Positions 13,854 to 29,246 of a DNA stretch of 64,000 nt are shown one piece after another (position 1 is the first letter of the stretch; each line of letters starts with the position of its first letter). This stretch comes from Antedon mediterranea. Lineage: Eukaryota > Animalia > Echinodermata. A program made the translations under genes and the position numbers. Under the pieces are notes generated by a model. It was not told where the DNA came from. It searched no databases and saw only the letters and a program-made list of their open reading frames with translations. The stretch covers positions 5,084,001-5,148,000 of the forward strand of contig NC_092680.1 in NCBI RefSeq assembly GCF_964355755.1, in the 5' to 3' direction.

Positions 13854-15663
13854 TGTGTACCGCCAAACCAAAACCAGGCGTTTGTCGGCAGCAAGGGATT
13901 TCTGTAAAATGCTTCTGAATGTGTAAAACCTATATCTTGACCATTTTTAGTTTTTTAAATAATCTTACAGAAAATTTACCGTAGATTCCAAAAATCTATG
14001 TATTTTAAAGAAATTATAAGTATAAATCAATGAAAATAACATTTTAATGAGACCCCCTTTTTCGTCTTTGGTGAAAAAATCAAGTTCTATTCTGTAATTT
14101 GTGTCTATTTCTAACCAACTTTTACCTCTTTGATTATGAGAAGACCCCTTAATGTGTGGTATTTTTAGAAAGCTTGTGAAAAAATCTTTCCAAAGATAAA
14201 GGTTGTAGGTCATGTAAAATAATAGTATAGCCAATCAAACACATTCTTTAATAACCTTTTGGTATAAGCAAACCAGTCTTGTTGCTACGGAATCCTGAAA
14301 CAGGCAATTTGATTGGCTAACAGAGTGGCTCAAGTCATTGAAGCGTTAAATTTGCCTTTAACAGCTATTCAAAGTACACTGAGGAAGCGGTAAAGTTTTA
14401 ACAAAACATTCTTACTGTAAAAAACATTCAATATTAATTTATACTTGCTATTTATGCATCCTAGATAATAATAAAACAACATAGAATAGTTTAATGATTT
14501 ATATAATATGAAAAGTAGAAATATTGGCTTCGCTAGCGAATCATAAACAACAAGAGGTTAGAAAGTACGAAATGACTTTCTAGCGCGACACACTCAGTTT
14601 GGTGAACACAGAAACACTTTTAATCAAAATATTAGGCCTAGCCTAGGCATAAGATAAGAGATGAACTGTATGCCAGCTTAGTACTTCAAATTAGCCTAGT
14701 AAAACCACCTAGCATACCTTGGTCAATGTGTTTAAAAAAGTTTAATTTAATTTTTCATTCTGTTTTCAGATCTTGATTGGTAATAGTAAATACTGTAATG
14801 TAATACCAATAATAGTTTTGACAGTGGTGGTGATGCTGTTGCTACTTTCTCTTCTCAAACAACTCCAATAATGGTGATACGGTGCTTAATATAACTTTAC
14901 AAAAATGACTTTGATTCTGATGATACATGACACATGTATTCTATTATGCAACGTAACCCTAAATAAAACCGTGAAATAACTGTATCGAAAAATATGTATG
15001 TATTTAAAATACCCGGCACAAAAGATGAAAATACTGTTGTTGTAACACGCAGCCTGAAATGACCAAAATGTTATAATTTAAAGTGTACCAATTGTAAATA
15101 AATTTAAACACATCAAACACAATCAACTGTCTGTGTATCTTTAATTTTGGTTCGTTTCTATGTGTTGTATTTTTATTGTCACTTTATTAATAGTACTTAT
15201 TATAGTTATTACAAGCCTCACACATAACATAAGTTTAGTAAAAAAAAGTTTACTAACGTATGTTGTTATTTGAAGTCTCATTTGACAATGTTAATGTTAC
15301 TGGATTTCTTTGAAATTTTCAATAATTATAGAAAAATGTATTAGTTACATTTGTGCTAAATTTCAAAGTCATAGGTATACTAGAAGTTAGCGTTGTCAAG
15401 GTGAACATGAGTCGCTGTCTGCCAGCACATTTAAACTTCCTGTTTGAACTATTGTTTATCTTTGAATGCATTTTTCACTGCTAAATAAAAATTAATTCTT
15501 ACTTGTATTTCTTTACTTATTGTATCATAACTCTAAAAATACTTGACCAAATTGAATAATTTTTTCAGTATGTTAAAGCAAATTATGTGCTCTGTACAAA
15601 TATCTTTAAAACTCAAAATGTCACATTTACGACAAATGCCTGGTTTTGATTTGGCTGTACACA
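13854..15663. mobile_element. Non-autonomous DNA transposon (about 1.8 kb), superfamily unassigned
   Basis: 34-bp imperfect TIRs TGTGTACCGCCAAACCAAAACCAGGCGTTTGTCG / CGACAAATGCCTGGTTTTGATTTGGCTGTACACA; no coding capacity seen. Confidence 0.65.
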
Positions 15664-18600
15664 AATTATAAAACATCTTCAAAATTCAAAACAAAATACA
15701 AATAAAATGCTATTTATAGATTATTATGCTAATGTTATCAATTCATGTTTAGTATTAGAACATTTTATTAATTATAATTATGATAAAAGAGACTGAAACT
15801 AATAAAAAAAATCCCTTTTAGGTAAAATTGAATAAAACAACTAATTAATTAACCATTGTATAACAACTTTTTTAAATATATACACTTATTCAGTTCATAG
15901 GAAATACTATATAATAATTTAATTATTTTAAAAAGAAAAGAATTACAGTATAACCCATCAAAGGTGGTGAGTTCCAATCTATTATTAATATAAAATTGTA
16001 ATTATTGTATAAAATTGTAATTATTGTATAAACTTGTAATTATAGTGTAAAATTGTTAACTGTTCATTGGTTATATGTTTGTTTGTTTGCATTGCATTGT
16101 CGAACCTATGTTTCATTGTGACAACCATCTTTTTCTGACGGACGCTGGCACATAATAAGTTTACACTATTTATTATTATTAAATATGTAGAGCTTTTGTT
16201 ACTCACTTAAAAACCACAATTTAATTGTGAAACACCATAAATAAACTGAAAATACAATTGAGATTTTTATGTATAGACAGTAAAACTCATAATTATAGTA
16301 TTTTAACATCCTGTTTATTATACGATTCAGAACTAAATCAATAGAGAAAGAATTAAATATGATGATTGCACACCTTGGCGCTTAATTATATGATTATAAT
16401 TATTGATATACTGTAGAGTTCAAAGTATTGAAAATCTTGAATAAACATGATCTGCCATTACATATTAAAATCACCTCTTTAGGTGTTAAAAAATGCATGG
16501 CCTATAATCAATAATGTCTACTATGTGATAAAGTAAGTACTGATGGATAATAAATAATAAATTTGAATAATATATTACTATACAGTAATTGTGTTATGAT
16601 TATACTTTTCAGCGGAACAGTGATATACTAAGTAGTTCGTATTGTTATGAATTTCCGGTAATATTACCGGGAACTATATAGATTTTTTTTCTGCAAATCT
16701 TACATTGAATGAATAAAGTATTTAAGTAATATAATATAGCAGATTTTTCTGTTATTATGGAAAGAAAGAAATTTGGGGCACTTAACTAACTATAGCAATA
16801 ATCATTTTATTTCTATCTCTCAATGAGAAACTTCTCAACTAGAGAAACTTCTCAACTACAGAGGCACTCATTTTTGATGCAGATATTACTGCTAAAAATG
16901 TTAATAAGATGATATTCTAATTTTGTATGCATCAAATCCAAAGGCAAATTACTGAAAAAATGACAATGATGTGGTTATCAGTGGCTGGATCTCAATGGTG
17001 ATACAAAATAAAATAACCAAAAAGCTAAATCTAAACGACAAGGTAAAACAGTTAGAAAAATTGGCAGAGCTTTCTTCATCATGTATACAGTATATTTATT
17101 TATTTATTTATTCAGTATATAAAAATATATTACAAAACGACAGTCAAGGACTGAAATGAAATGTATTACAAATGACTAAAAATTAGTTAAAATTGCTATA
17201 AAAATAGAAACATCTTAATAAAATTAGATATCGTACCATACAATTAAAAACATACATGAATAAAAAACCAAAAAACATCACTTATTACATATCTAAAAAA
17301 GAGCTAGTGGTGCCTATTAATTATATCCACCATGGTGGGAACTGGAGAATATATACATGATTTACATTTAAATGTTTAACATAGACTGGTAAAGTACACC
17401 AGGTACAGTATTTCTCTAAAAAAGAAATAAAGAAGTTGGAGGCAGTAATAATTTTATTTCTCTTCCGAGGAAGCACCTACAGTATTAAAAAATGGAATTC
17501 ACCGTCTGGACATAGGAGGAATGTTTATACGAATTGAGAGTTTTCTCAAAGTCAATAGGGCAAGACTAAAGCCGTTTTCAATGGACCTGAAAAATGCTAA
17601 ATGTAACCATGGTAACCACAATTGTTTTAACAAGGCTGTAAAGAACTTTCATTTCAATTTAGCCAATGACGCGCTTACTTTGACCACTTAAGTCCAATCC
17701 AATCAAGACTATATTTCCTAAATTAAAAACCTTTTAACATTAAATATACTGTTTTGCAATTAATCAATTAATATACGTAAACAACAGGTTTCATTAAATC
17801 AATAACTGTCAACCTCTGTTCAGCAAATTACCAAATACTCTGATGAAGATATTATAATATTTATGCGTTATCATCATATAAATGATGTTATTTTAAAGAA
17901 GATGCTGTATAATCATCTCTAGTGTCTATCAAGGAGTAACAGATTAACCTATTTAAAGATATGTTACTATAGTAATGCATGGTCACATGACAATAATGAG
18001 CTCCTTTACTTCGTAGATTATGACAATGAGCTATTAGATATTGACAAAAAAATCAAATTGGAAAAACAATCTTAATATATTTTGCAATATTAATACAAAG
18101 TTTACCAACAACAATAACAAGTTAAGACATAAGACTAGGTAATGAAATCATCCTCCTGTGTATATAGGCTATATTCAATTTCATGGCAACATTTTCTGTG
18201 TCAGCGTATTTTTGACTGCATACCATGGTTAGCACATAAGAAGAATAGTTGGATTTCTGAATCTAAAATAGGTACAATGTAAAAATGTATGACTTTGAAT
18301 GTCGGTTGTTTGTTTGGTGTGGCAAAAAATATGGCGACAATGGTTTTCCTTTCTTTTGTCATTTCTTGGCACACTCTACTCTAGTCTTTTTAAAAATGTT
18401 GCTTAATGAATAACCTTAACATAAATAAAACTCCTTCTTGGTACAAATCTAACTATATAATTTTTTCCTTGTGCTGAAAACTTGTTTTATTCATAAATAA
18501 AATTTTGAACAGATAATAAATAATTTCATGTTAATTCAATATACTTATACTAATTAGATTCCTTGTTTATTTATTATTTATTAATTTATTCAACTTTCAA

Positions 18601-19041
18601 CAAGTACAGCTGACTTAAAGAGGCCCTCTTAAAAACAATACAAAAATATACAGATGGCATTCAAACATAAAGATACAGTACAAGAGGATTAAAAAATGTT
18701 AAAATAGATTCATAACAGATTTAAAAAAGTTAAAATTCATGTACTGTATGTAATAAATTAGAAAAATGTTAAAATTCATACATGTGTAATAAATTAGAAA
18801 AATGTTAAAATTCATTAAAAAATAAAACTATTATTATCATTATTATTGTTGATTTGAAGAAATATTAAATATTTACATTGTGTGAAATTAGAATGGCTTT
18901 GTAGTTATTGAAAGAGTAATTTTATTCACAATTCTGGTTTTATTGATACAATATTAATCAGCTTAGATGTTAGGCGGCAAGACCACAATACCAAGAAAGA
19001 AAAAAATTGTTTACGTCTAATACAGTAAGGACACACTGTAA

Positions 19042-19220
19042 AGCTTGGTTCCCACTAGAACGTAACGCAAGGACGTAAACGCAACGCAAGCGTTTTAACC
19101 AATCACAAGCGAAGTTATAGACAGTTAGAAATCACAAGCGAATAAGCCATCGCTTGTGATTGGTCAATTCACTTGCGTTGCGTTACGTCCTTGTGTTGCG
19201 TCGCTAGTGGGAACCCCGCT
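19042..19220. mobile_element. MITE family C (AGC(T/G)(T/G)GGTTCCCACTAG TIRs, Harbinger-like)
   Basis: TAA target-site duplication and an almost fully foldback body. Copies at 40956-41134 (inverted), with degenerate ones at about 4364-4519 and 44393-44548. Confidence 0.85.
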
Positions 19221-20984
19221 TAAGAGTGTACAGTAAAAAAGATTTGAATTATTGTTTGGTCTGATAGAAATTAAAATAGAAAAAAACATTATAGCAATAT
19301 TAAAACAAAAACAATATACAGTAATAGTATCCAATTTGAATGCAAATTGCACAGACTTACAATATAACATGACTAATTACTCCTTCTAGTTTAAAATTAC
19401 ATGAATTGTTAATGTATAATAATTCAGATAGCAATTTTACTGACTTTCAATTATTATTTATATGCTAGCCTATTTCTAATAATTCTATTAAAAGAAGTAT
19501 CCTGATTTATATACAGTACAGTATTTTGTTTCCTAATAAATGTGTCTCAAATTTGAATAAATGACGAATTTGATGAATTTCCTATCATACTGTATAACGT
19601 TACAGAAAAGTTCTGTAGCACCACTTATTTCACAACGCTTGTTCTGTTTTGCAGCTGACAACAAATTATGTAAATTTTTATCAGAGTTTTTTGCAAAGTT
19701 TTATATTTATCATAGCAACTTTATACCAGGATCTTACCCTTTAAGTTACTCACATTACATTTTGACAAATCCATTAAGAATAGAAAATGCTGCTTGTCCG
19801 AAATTATATCAAGAGTACAGTATATAAACCTCTCTCAATGAGAAACTTCCTACTACAGAAACACTCACTTTTGATGCAGATATCACAGCTAAAATCTCCC
19901 TAGCACGATATTCTAACTCTGTATAACACATACAGTACAACAGACATGTTTTTAAGACTTAAATTTGGTACAGTAGAATAGCATGAGATATTAATACTAA
20001 GGTTCAGAACTATGAAATTTCTCCATTTTATAAAAAAAAAGTTTACTATTTTATGGATAGTATATACTGTAAATTAAAAAGGCAACAACTTACCATATAT
20101 AAATTTTTATTTAAAAAACTGTAACAAAGGATATTGGAGGAACAGAAATAACATACAACGACAACTTTCTCTGCGATTACAGCATTTTGAGACCAGGAGT
20201 GAAATATACAAAATGCATCTAACGCGATCATATATGCATTATCTCCGACTGGGTAAGAAAGTGCACAAATAGAGATTCTCTTTACAACGACACGCAAGCA
20301 TATTTGATCTAATAATACCAACGATGGACATGCACTCTTATGTCAACGTTGGCATAACAGTTTAAATAAAGATTCATACAGAGAGGCATATGAGCATAAA
20401 TGAATAAGATTGAGGTTTTGAGTGTTGTATACGATCCGCATGGAAATCTAAAACTATTTTATAGACCACGTTTGATTGATTGGTTATCAACGAAGAACAA
20501 TTCTGCTTTTGCTTTGCGCAATATTACATCACTTGTTGACCATTATTATTAAAGCGAAATCAATATTGATTACATTGAACCAGCTATTCGATTGAAATGA
20601 ATTGGTTTTTCTGCTATATGATCTGAAAAAACAATATCTCCAGGCATATTGAAAAGAACATTGCAGTAATAACTGAACCGAACAATAACCAAATTATCTA
20701 TAGATGATAAGTTTTTGATAATTGCACATAAGTACAGATGCCGCAGTATTAATACAATTTTACCAGTATCCTTCTTGATTTAGTCGTGCAGAAGTAGCCT
20801 GTTAATAATAACTATTTTGTAATTATCGTATCTAATGGCAACCAAGAAAAGGAAGAAGGCAGTAAGACAAGGAAAAAGATGGAGTGACGACATGAACTAC
20901 CTTGGAACTTAAATTGGACAATACAATAGCTTCAGAAGATGAAAAATACTCAAGGAGGGATGCATAGCAGTGGATGACATACAT

Positions 20985-21196
20985 GATGATGACAGATAAT
21001 GGATGATGATGATGATGATGATGATTATGGATGATGAAGATAATGATGATAATGATAGTGATGATGATAATGATGATGATAATGATATTGATGATGATGA
21101 TGTTTCTGATGATGATACTAATGATGATGATAATGATGATGATGATGGATGATGATGGTGGATGATGCTGATGCAGATGATGATAATGATGATGAC
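20985..21196. repeat. (GAT)n microsatellite, imperfect
   Basis: Visible GAT/AAT trinucleotide run. Confidence 0.95.
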
Positions 21197-21389
21197 ACTA
21201 AAAGGTTCTCCAGAGCATTTTGGACACCTGTATTAAGGTGTGGTAGAAAATGTCCCGGCACACAGAGCTCACGACGTGAAACAATAACATACTTTAATAC
21301 TTCTTTCAATCTTCATTCACAAGATATCCCTATATGGGGACAAACTGTTGGATGCAAAAGTTGTCTACTGTAAATATATATATAGATAC

Positions 21390-21518
21390 CTTGCATCTGG
21401 TGGTTTTCTTCCTTTAAGATATCCTTGCGTATTTGACATCAACATGTGATCTGCACCAGCTGATTCATGTGGGTCAGCATACTGAAACGGTTCTCTCACT
21501 GCACCAGTGTTATTATCC
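21390..21518 (-). CDS. GRAMD2B: GRAM-domain gene internal exon (DNNTGAVREPFQYADPHESAGADHMLMSNTQGYLKGRKPPDAR)
   Basis: Strong polypyrimidine acceptor tttttccag, donor AG|GTATCT, 129 nt, phase 2-2, open reading frame. Confidence 0.8.
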
Positions 21519-24384
21519 CTGGAAAAATAACAAAAAAAAATTAATCTCTTTTAAACAATTTAATATAGCTTAAAATGCAGGGCACCTCTAAGTGCTGAAC
21601 AATCAATGGAACACATTTTTGTAAAGAGCAAAGATGAAAGTGTAAATTAAAAAGTTGGGATTTGAGGAGTTGTTTGTGAGAGATTCAGCTTTTGTTGTTT
21701 GAGTTTGGAAAGAAAAGCAGCTGAAAAGAAAAAGGCACGTTTTTGTAATATTTTTTTGATAATAAGTACATTAACATAATATTGATCACTAAAGAAACAT
21801 GCATAAAACATAATGTTATTTGCATTATGATGATGCTAAAAAAATAATGTAAAAAAGTTATTACACATTACAATCTTTATAATCCATTAAAGGATAACTG
21901 AAGTTCAGAGAAAAAATGGCTGCACCAACAGTCCCTGCCGGTTATAAGTTTAAATGAAGCAGTAAGTAAGTTATTATTTGTTTGCAACTTGGTTTACTAA
22001 ACTGATGCCAATTATTATACATCCTTTATATTCAATTCCTTTTTATACCAATTGCACTTTGAATAAACCAAATCCTGGTGATGAACTCATATTAAAACAT
22101 TGGTGTACTAGTATATTCGACTAGATCAGCAGTTGGCTCCTCAACTCTTTGCTGTTTATATACTGTATAAGCAGAGTAGATCACTGCAAAGTGACCAGTC
22201 AAACACAACTATTGTGTTATAATTAATTGCAGTATCTCAAGCCTGACGTTTGCTTACTACTCATCTATTCCACATAAAATGTGTTGCAATTTAATCTCAG
22301 AACATCAACCTTACTTAAGAAGCAAACATGGATAATGACTGCACTTTTCACCAAAGTAGTGTCCCTACTGTACAGTACATAGGCCTACTCTTGGCGTCAC
22401 CTCTGGCTTGCTTAAAATACCAGCACCACCACTCTTCTTGCTTGCTGTTCTGGGGTAGGGTCTATAGCTTCTCGAGCCTAGAATACAAAAATACCTATAC
22501 AATAGTGCAACAACTACCTTTAACTCTGGAAAATAATGTCTACCAGATCCAAAAACACATACAGTAGGTTTCAGATACTACCAGTATTCTGTAACAACGT
22601 GAGAACAGCAATAGTGTATGCGTACTAGATTCCTGTTGTAATTTAAGTGATTTGTCCGATCTCAATAGTCGAATTGTAGTTGTTTACAAGTGGAATCCAA
22701 ATTTCAATTAAATGACCTTAATTTATCAAATCCTCATTGACATAGAAATAATAATACTAAATAATCCACCATTATCATTATCAAAGTAATACTGTACTAG
22801 AGTACTAACAAGTATTCCAAAAGATTATTTTTTTCACCAAATAAACAAATATTCTCTAGTATAGGTTACATGTAGAAGAGGATAATAGAAAAGCTCACAA
22901 AAAACAAAACTAATCAAATTTAAATAAAGATACAGCCTAAATAGACAGTATATGTTTATTTATTTGAATATACACCTTTAAATCGGCCGAGTGTCACTAA
23001 AAAACAATTAGTGTGTTCAAGAAAAAAAGAAAATAGACTTTAACTAATGTAATGTAAATAAAACATGAATACAACAATCAAACATTTTTGACGACAAAAA
23101 TTTCATGTGAACAAAAATTGAAGTTTAAAGTTACTCAGTAATACATAATGTCATATACAATAGATTGGTCTTGTTTATTATTTTGTAAATAAATTTACAA
23201 TATACTGTAAATAGACAGTATAAATAGACAGCAGTATAAATAGACAGTAGACAGTATAAATAGACAGTAGACAGTATAAATACAGAACAATTAAATAAAG
23301 CTTAGGCTCAGAAGAGATTCGAACCCACACTCTTTTAAAAATGAGACAAATTGTCTACATACTATTAAAATTCTGTAGAATCCATATTTTTGGGACTATC
23401 CTCTATTAAGGTGACACTTTCCCATGAAATCAACAAGGACATGGTTCTACAGTGTAACAGCCAACACTTATGGACACTTTATTGGCTTTCGAAGGTGTCC
23501 CTTTTCATCGGTCTATTTCAGTACAGTATATACATACAGTAACAAACAAAAAATGAAATTGGGGAGACTAGGGTATTTACTATATGGATACCCAAATGAT
23601 TTGTACCACCTCATAAATATCTAAATTGTCTGCAGTGTACCTAACTTTAACATAGAGTTTTCTAGAAACAAATATTTTATTCATTAATTCCGAGAATTTT
23701 TTGAATAATATGAAGCTATAAATTAATTTTATAGCTGCATGATATAATTACCAGACTACGAAATGAACGAACCAATTATTTATTTTATTTTCAAGGTCTA
23801 TCTATTCTGGAAACCAATTGATTTTTTCATAAGTAGGCCTTTATTTAGATTTCACATAATTTTATTATATTATCATAAAATTGGCATCCCTTGTTGATCA
23901 TTTCATGGTCTACTGTATTAGTCTATACAGGCTTTTTATTTATCTATTTATTAAATGTTAAACTATGTTTTGTGGGCCTCATATCACGAGCACACGGTTT
24001 CCTAGAGATCCCTTTCATATTCAATTTGTTGTACTCCTTTTTTTCATGTATATTGTTTTTGATGAGATGAATAAAGAGATTGATTAAAGGCCATAAAACG
24101 ACGATAATTTTCATCTGCTATGAGGCATTTTAATGTAATGTGGAAAAGATAAACGCAATAAGTATTTTAGCTTTATTTTAAACTCAATTTGTATTTTTTG
24201 TGCCCTCTTTTAACTCTTTATATGACATCTTGTTTATTGAATTGAATTGAATTGAATTTGTGAAACTGTTCGATGAGAGTTTGGCATACCATAACATTTT
24301 GAATCTGTTTTTGATTGAACTGTCTTTAAATTCGAGTGGTAGTGCTGCTGGTATTAAAATATCAAATACAAGTATTCTACTTAC

Positions 24385-24453
24385 TGTTCATTTGTTGTTC
24401 CTTGAATATTGCCAGTAGACTCAGGAAGGTCTTGTCTGAAAGCACCAGTTACC
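24385..24453 (-). CDS. GRAMD2B: GRAM-domain gene internal exon (VTGAFRQDLPESTGNIQGTTNEQ)
   Basis: Acceptor aaatag, donor GTAAGT, 69 nt, phase 2-2, open reading frame. Confidence 0.75.
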
Positions 24454-24755
24454 CTATTTATTAAAAATACAATTATATAAAATATAAATTATATTGTATA
24501 GTATAAATCAAAAAGACAAATTACTGAAAAAAATGAATGCTGTGGGCGTCGGTGACTGGAATGAGCTTGTGATTAAGTTCGACGATAGATTTACTGTAGT
24601 GGATAACTATGAATAACAACTGAAAATTAAAAATCACTAAAATAATTGTGACAAAAAATGATTACCGGTAAATATAAAGCAACAATTTTGTCAATTATTG
24701 AAAAATATTGATTTTGTTTTTAACACACAACACAAAGTTGCTTGTTTCTGTAAGG

Positions 24756-25047
24756 GCATGTGGAGCAGTGTGTTGGACATTGAATTACTGATCGTGAATA
24801 AAAATCCAACTCTCGCCACATTGCTTGTATCCTTAGGCAAGACACTTTAGTTACGTTTGCCTCTCTCCACCCAGGTGTATAAATGGGTACCCGGTTAGAT
24901 CAAGACACAGTTTGCACTGATTACTAGCTGCATTATTGGAGTATGTTTAATTGATTAATAATTGATTTTAAAAAATTACTGGAGTAATAATGTGAAGCAC
25001 TTAGAAGTATTGTGCAACAAGCGCTATATAAGAACAAATATTATTAT
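24756..25047 (+). mobile_element. tRNA-derived SINE with a CORE-like domain and L2-type tail
   Basis: TCCTTAGGCAAGACACTT...GCCTCTCTCCACCCAGGTGTATAAATGGGTACC and a 3' AAGCGCTATATAAG-(ATT)n tail. Confidence 0.7.
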
Positions 25048-28000
25048 GTTAATTTTCAAGTCAACTAAATCCCTTTATTCTAAATCTACAGTTTAACAAT
25101 AATATACAGTAATACTTCCAATATCCTTTTATTGTCAGATAATCTTGAACAAACTGAACACTATTTGTTTGAGTAAAATCAAATAAAAAACACATTCCAA
25201 TGGTTTAAGAGTGAGCACAAAAATAAGATTATGAGAAAATATTCAATTTTGTTTTTAATGAAACAGAAAGAATTTGTAATTATGCCAAAATAAAATTGAA
25301 TAGTTGGCCAAGATGGACGAAACTGGGAGATAATTTATTGTTTTTTATTTCCTCTCGTACAAAAAAAAAAAGAAGAGAATATTCCATGTACAAAAGGAAA
25401 GGATTCTAGTTATTCTGGAGAGGTACAACATGTATGATTATGATTAGTACAACATGATGTCATCATAAAAGTCAGTTAATAATGTTAACAGAAACATTAT
25501 CAACACAAGAAATGTAAAGACACTCTTCACTAGCTATACCATGTATTCCACAGAAAAATATCCAAACTTGTATTAATCTATAAATAACAATCACAACCAA
25601 TTAAACCAACATGAAAAGGTACCACCATAGATACACACATGGCATTTGGCCGTTCCCAAAAATTGCCCTAAAAAACACAAATTTAACCTTCTAGACGTAG
25701 GATAAAGGGAAATTAACAAGTTTTGTTCATGCAGTTTAGGATAGATGGGAAAAGAAAGATTGTACTGTAATCTCACTGTGATCTGGTGGCATGTAGATTA
25801 ATACTAATTATAATATAGGTGATAAATGTTTATTAACTAAAGTACAACCAAAAATGGACACCCATGCTATATATTATCATTAATTATTAATATTGCCAGT
25901 CTATTATAACAGATAGTGTTAATACTGTACTGTATACTTGACAATAAACAATACTGTACAGGTGAATAAGCTGTAAGATTATTACTCGACAGGAAATTAA
26001 TGCAAGCAAAAGCAATCAATATATTGTATAAACAAACATATTATTTTAATACAATTACAATAAAGCATGATTAACTCAGGAAATTAAACACTAATTACAA
26101 CAATTAATCATAAATATATTATTCTTCTACCCCATTTCTCCCCTCCTCCTTTTTTACTCCCTTTCTCCGCCTTCCTTCTTTAATCCCTCCTACTTTTCTC
26201 CCTTAAATTGCTTTCACATGCTAGATTATCATGGTGTTTTAATGTAAATGGCCGTATAAAAAAACTCATTGGAAAGATGCACATACTACCACAGATAGAT
26301 GTGTCGCTGAGGCCAGTAAAGGTTACAGACTTTTTCAGATATTTACACTTTAACAAGTTCGTATTTGTTGCATCTTGTAAGATTTTTTTACATGAATCAG
26401 GTATAAAGTTCAGCTCACTTTAATGGTTGTAATAAAATAGAAACATTAATCATGTCTGGGGTGCTTCACACATTATTCTACTTTACTATATCTATATAAT
26501 GTCAATGTTCAATTTTATTATACAATAAAGTGTTCTTTACAGTGTAAGTGCTTTTAAATGAAATTATCTAATGTTTTAGTGGTAAATGCATTATTGGGTT
26601 ACTCAAACAAGAATAAAATTCAACCTAGCCAATCAGTTTTCATTGTTGTCATGTATTTGCCAAGAGTATACATTTACAAGCTTTGAAACCGGAAAGTAAA
26701 CATTAACCCACGCCGAAGAAAAAATAAATTTAAAAAGGGGACAACTTTTGAGTTCTTATTGTGTGTAATACAGTGTATGTGTATTTAGATAACACAGAGC
26801 AAATAGGTGTTCTTTCCTTTAGTGTTATATAAGGTTGTTAATGTTATGCTATTATTTATATAATCTAAGACTTTGTGTCCCAGGGTGCTAAGTAAAATGC
26901 ATTTACATATGATGATTGATTATGGCTAAAATTTAACCATGAATATTTGCTATCTGATCCATCAACTATTCCTAGTGTTTCAGTTTTTTCGTGCTGCCCA
27001 TTATTTTTTATGATATTTATATATAGTTTTAATGTTTTGCTAACTTTTTATATTTTTATATTTACTGTACTGTATATGGAGAAATGTGAACTAAAGTTTA
27101 ATAATAATAATTACTAAGGCCCGAGCATATTGAATTTAGGGTGATGTCTATGTTTTTGCAAACATTGACAACCACCCACTGATTATTTTGACGAAGCACA
27201 AATTTATCCGAAATGCAGTATATACCAAAGCTGTAATTTTTAATCTATTTTGTAAAAAATGGTTTGTTCAGCACTAGTGTATGCAACAAAAACAGTGCTA
27301 TAAGTTAGTACAACGCTGCAAACAAACCGCTGCAAACAATAAAGGAATTAGTTTATTCAACCAGTTGTACTACTATAAACAAAGCTTGCATACTAGAAAT
27401 GGTTCACTGCTGATACAACCTTAATATTACCAAAAAAACATTATACGAAAACTCTTTTACTGTAAGTAAATAATACTAAAATTTCCTATATAAAAAATCG
27501 AAACAAAACATATGCTATACTTATCTACATTATTCCTGTATTAAAAGTTTTAAATACCTGCCAAATAGAGCTAATTCAATCGTTGGTAACTTATTCATCA
27601 TTATCCTTTTCAATTACAATCAATTATTATATTATCAAGTATAAGGAAACAATTCAATTAACACTTTGTGGTGGTCTTATAGAGCTTCCAAGTGAGCTTC
27701 GTCAAATTATTATGTAACGGTATTATCTCCTAGTTTTCTACGTCCAGTCCTACGTCCAAACTAACGATGGATGCTTCTATACTGATTGACGTCGACCTTT
27801 GTTCAATTGGTATCATAAAATCTATGTTAATGATCACTTAAGTTTATTCAACTTATATCTTTTGTTTATCACAAAACAATATTTGGTTAGGTGTATAATA
27901 ATCTATATTTCAATAGGATTATTTTTGATATGACACTACTCTTAAATCACACATGTAATAAGACTTTGTTTATGTAGAGCATTTTGTGTACAGTATATGT

Positions 28001-28485
28001 TTGTCTTGTGAACCTCTGAGGGTCCCTAATGATCAGCAATTGCTGGATGGATCACCCTCATTAAATTTGGTTAAAAAAAAAGTAAAATAAAAATGAGCTG
28101 CGAATATTGTAGGTGTGATGGCGTTTCTTTCTATTGTTTTTTAAATGACAGACCGCAATTACATCAAGCTGAACATAACATTGAAAAAGCATGATTTCAA
28201 AGCATGAAACGTTGGGCGAGGGTAATGATTATTTTTCTTCACTAAGGAATGATGAGTATATAGAAAACAAGAATGAAATACCGACTAAAGCATATAATAC
28301 CAAATACAATACAACTTCTCAAAGCCAAAAACTATATCTATTAAACAGTACAATGTTTTTATATTCCCAAAATAAAAGTATAAGAGGATTAGATTATCAG
28401 AATCACAACCACAAGTGTTTTACTGTAGGCTGTTCTGTGGCAAGCAAAACAAAATTCACATGCCTTTTCTGCTTTCAACAGTTTG

Positions 28486-28825
28486 AACAAGCACGAATGT
28501 GCAATACTCGGGTACAGCAAAAGAAGCTATCATAAGACGGGATGTGACGTCACATACACATCAATAACCTCGCTACCAAAAAGTTTATACGGCTATACGG
28601 TACCATCTTCTAGACGTCATATGGTTGCATCCGGTTGGAAATTTTAAAATCCGGCTCTATAACTTTGAGGACATGTCCCTGTAGTATATTCATGCCAAAT
28701 CCCAGCTCAATATTACAACGAATAAGGGAGGAGTAGTACTTTATAAATCGCACTTTTTACTCAATAGTGTCGGTTGGAAGAGGAGAAGATGTGAGAATTC
28801 TAGACTCGGGTACTCCGAGTAAAAA
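28486..28825 (-). mobile_element. HINE/DINE-1-like element, second copy
   Basis: Highly similar to the reverse complement of 2581-2925. Confidence 0.7.
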
Positions 28826-29246
28826 TGAGGGATAACAAAGACAGGAGATGAGAGGAATATTCTTCATGTCTACCACTGTACTATACACTAAACCAAAAAC
28901 ATTGTACCATAAATCAAATAGTATTATTACAATATATATAACACAATGTTTAAATTTAGCATCAGTTTTCATAATAGCAATTTAAATATATTGTTTGAAG
29001 GTTTGGATGGTGATTTCAAATGTTGGTACACCATGTACAGTATATTAGTTTTGAAAAGAACTTGAGTTGAGAAATCTTTTCCAATAACCGTTTCCATCCC
29101 CAATAAATAAGCAAACCAAATTGCCAAAATAATTTCAACCACATAAATCTAAATAAATACAAAACAAAAGCTTCAAAATATCTACTGTAGGCCCAAAAAA
29201 AAGACATGTGAAGCCTAGCCAAGTTCTGTAAAGCCCAGCTCCTTAC

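Noticed and set aside
17840-17870. CTGATGAAG hammerhead-like start
   Set aside because: No downstream GAAA core or stem III.
21118-21373. Poly-His and poly-Asp ORFs in the ORF track
   Set aside because: Translations of the (GAT)n microsatellite.
22389-22477. Exon-like segment (SRSYRPYPRTASKKSGGAGILSKPEVTPR) with AG/GT borders on the minus strand
   Set aside because: Open only as phase 1-0, which does not fit the neighbouring phase-2 exons. Its donor GT overlaps a TAGGCCTA word. It could be a poison exon, but nothing supports that.
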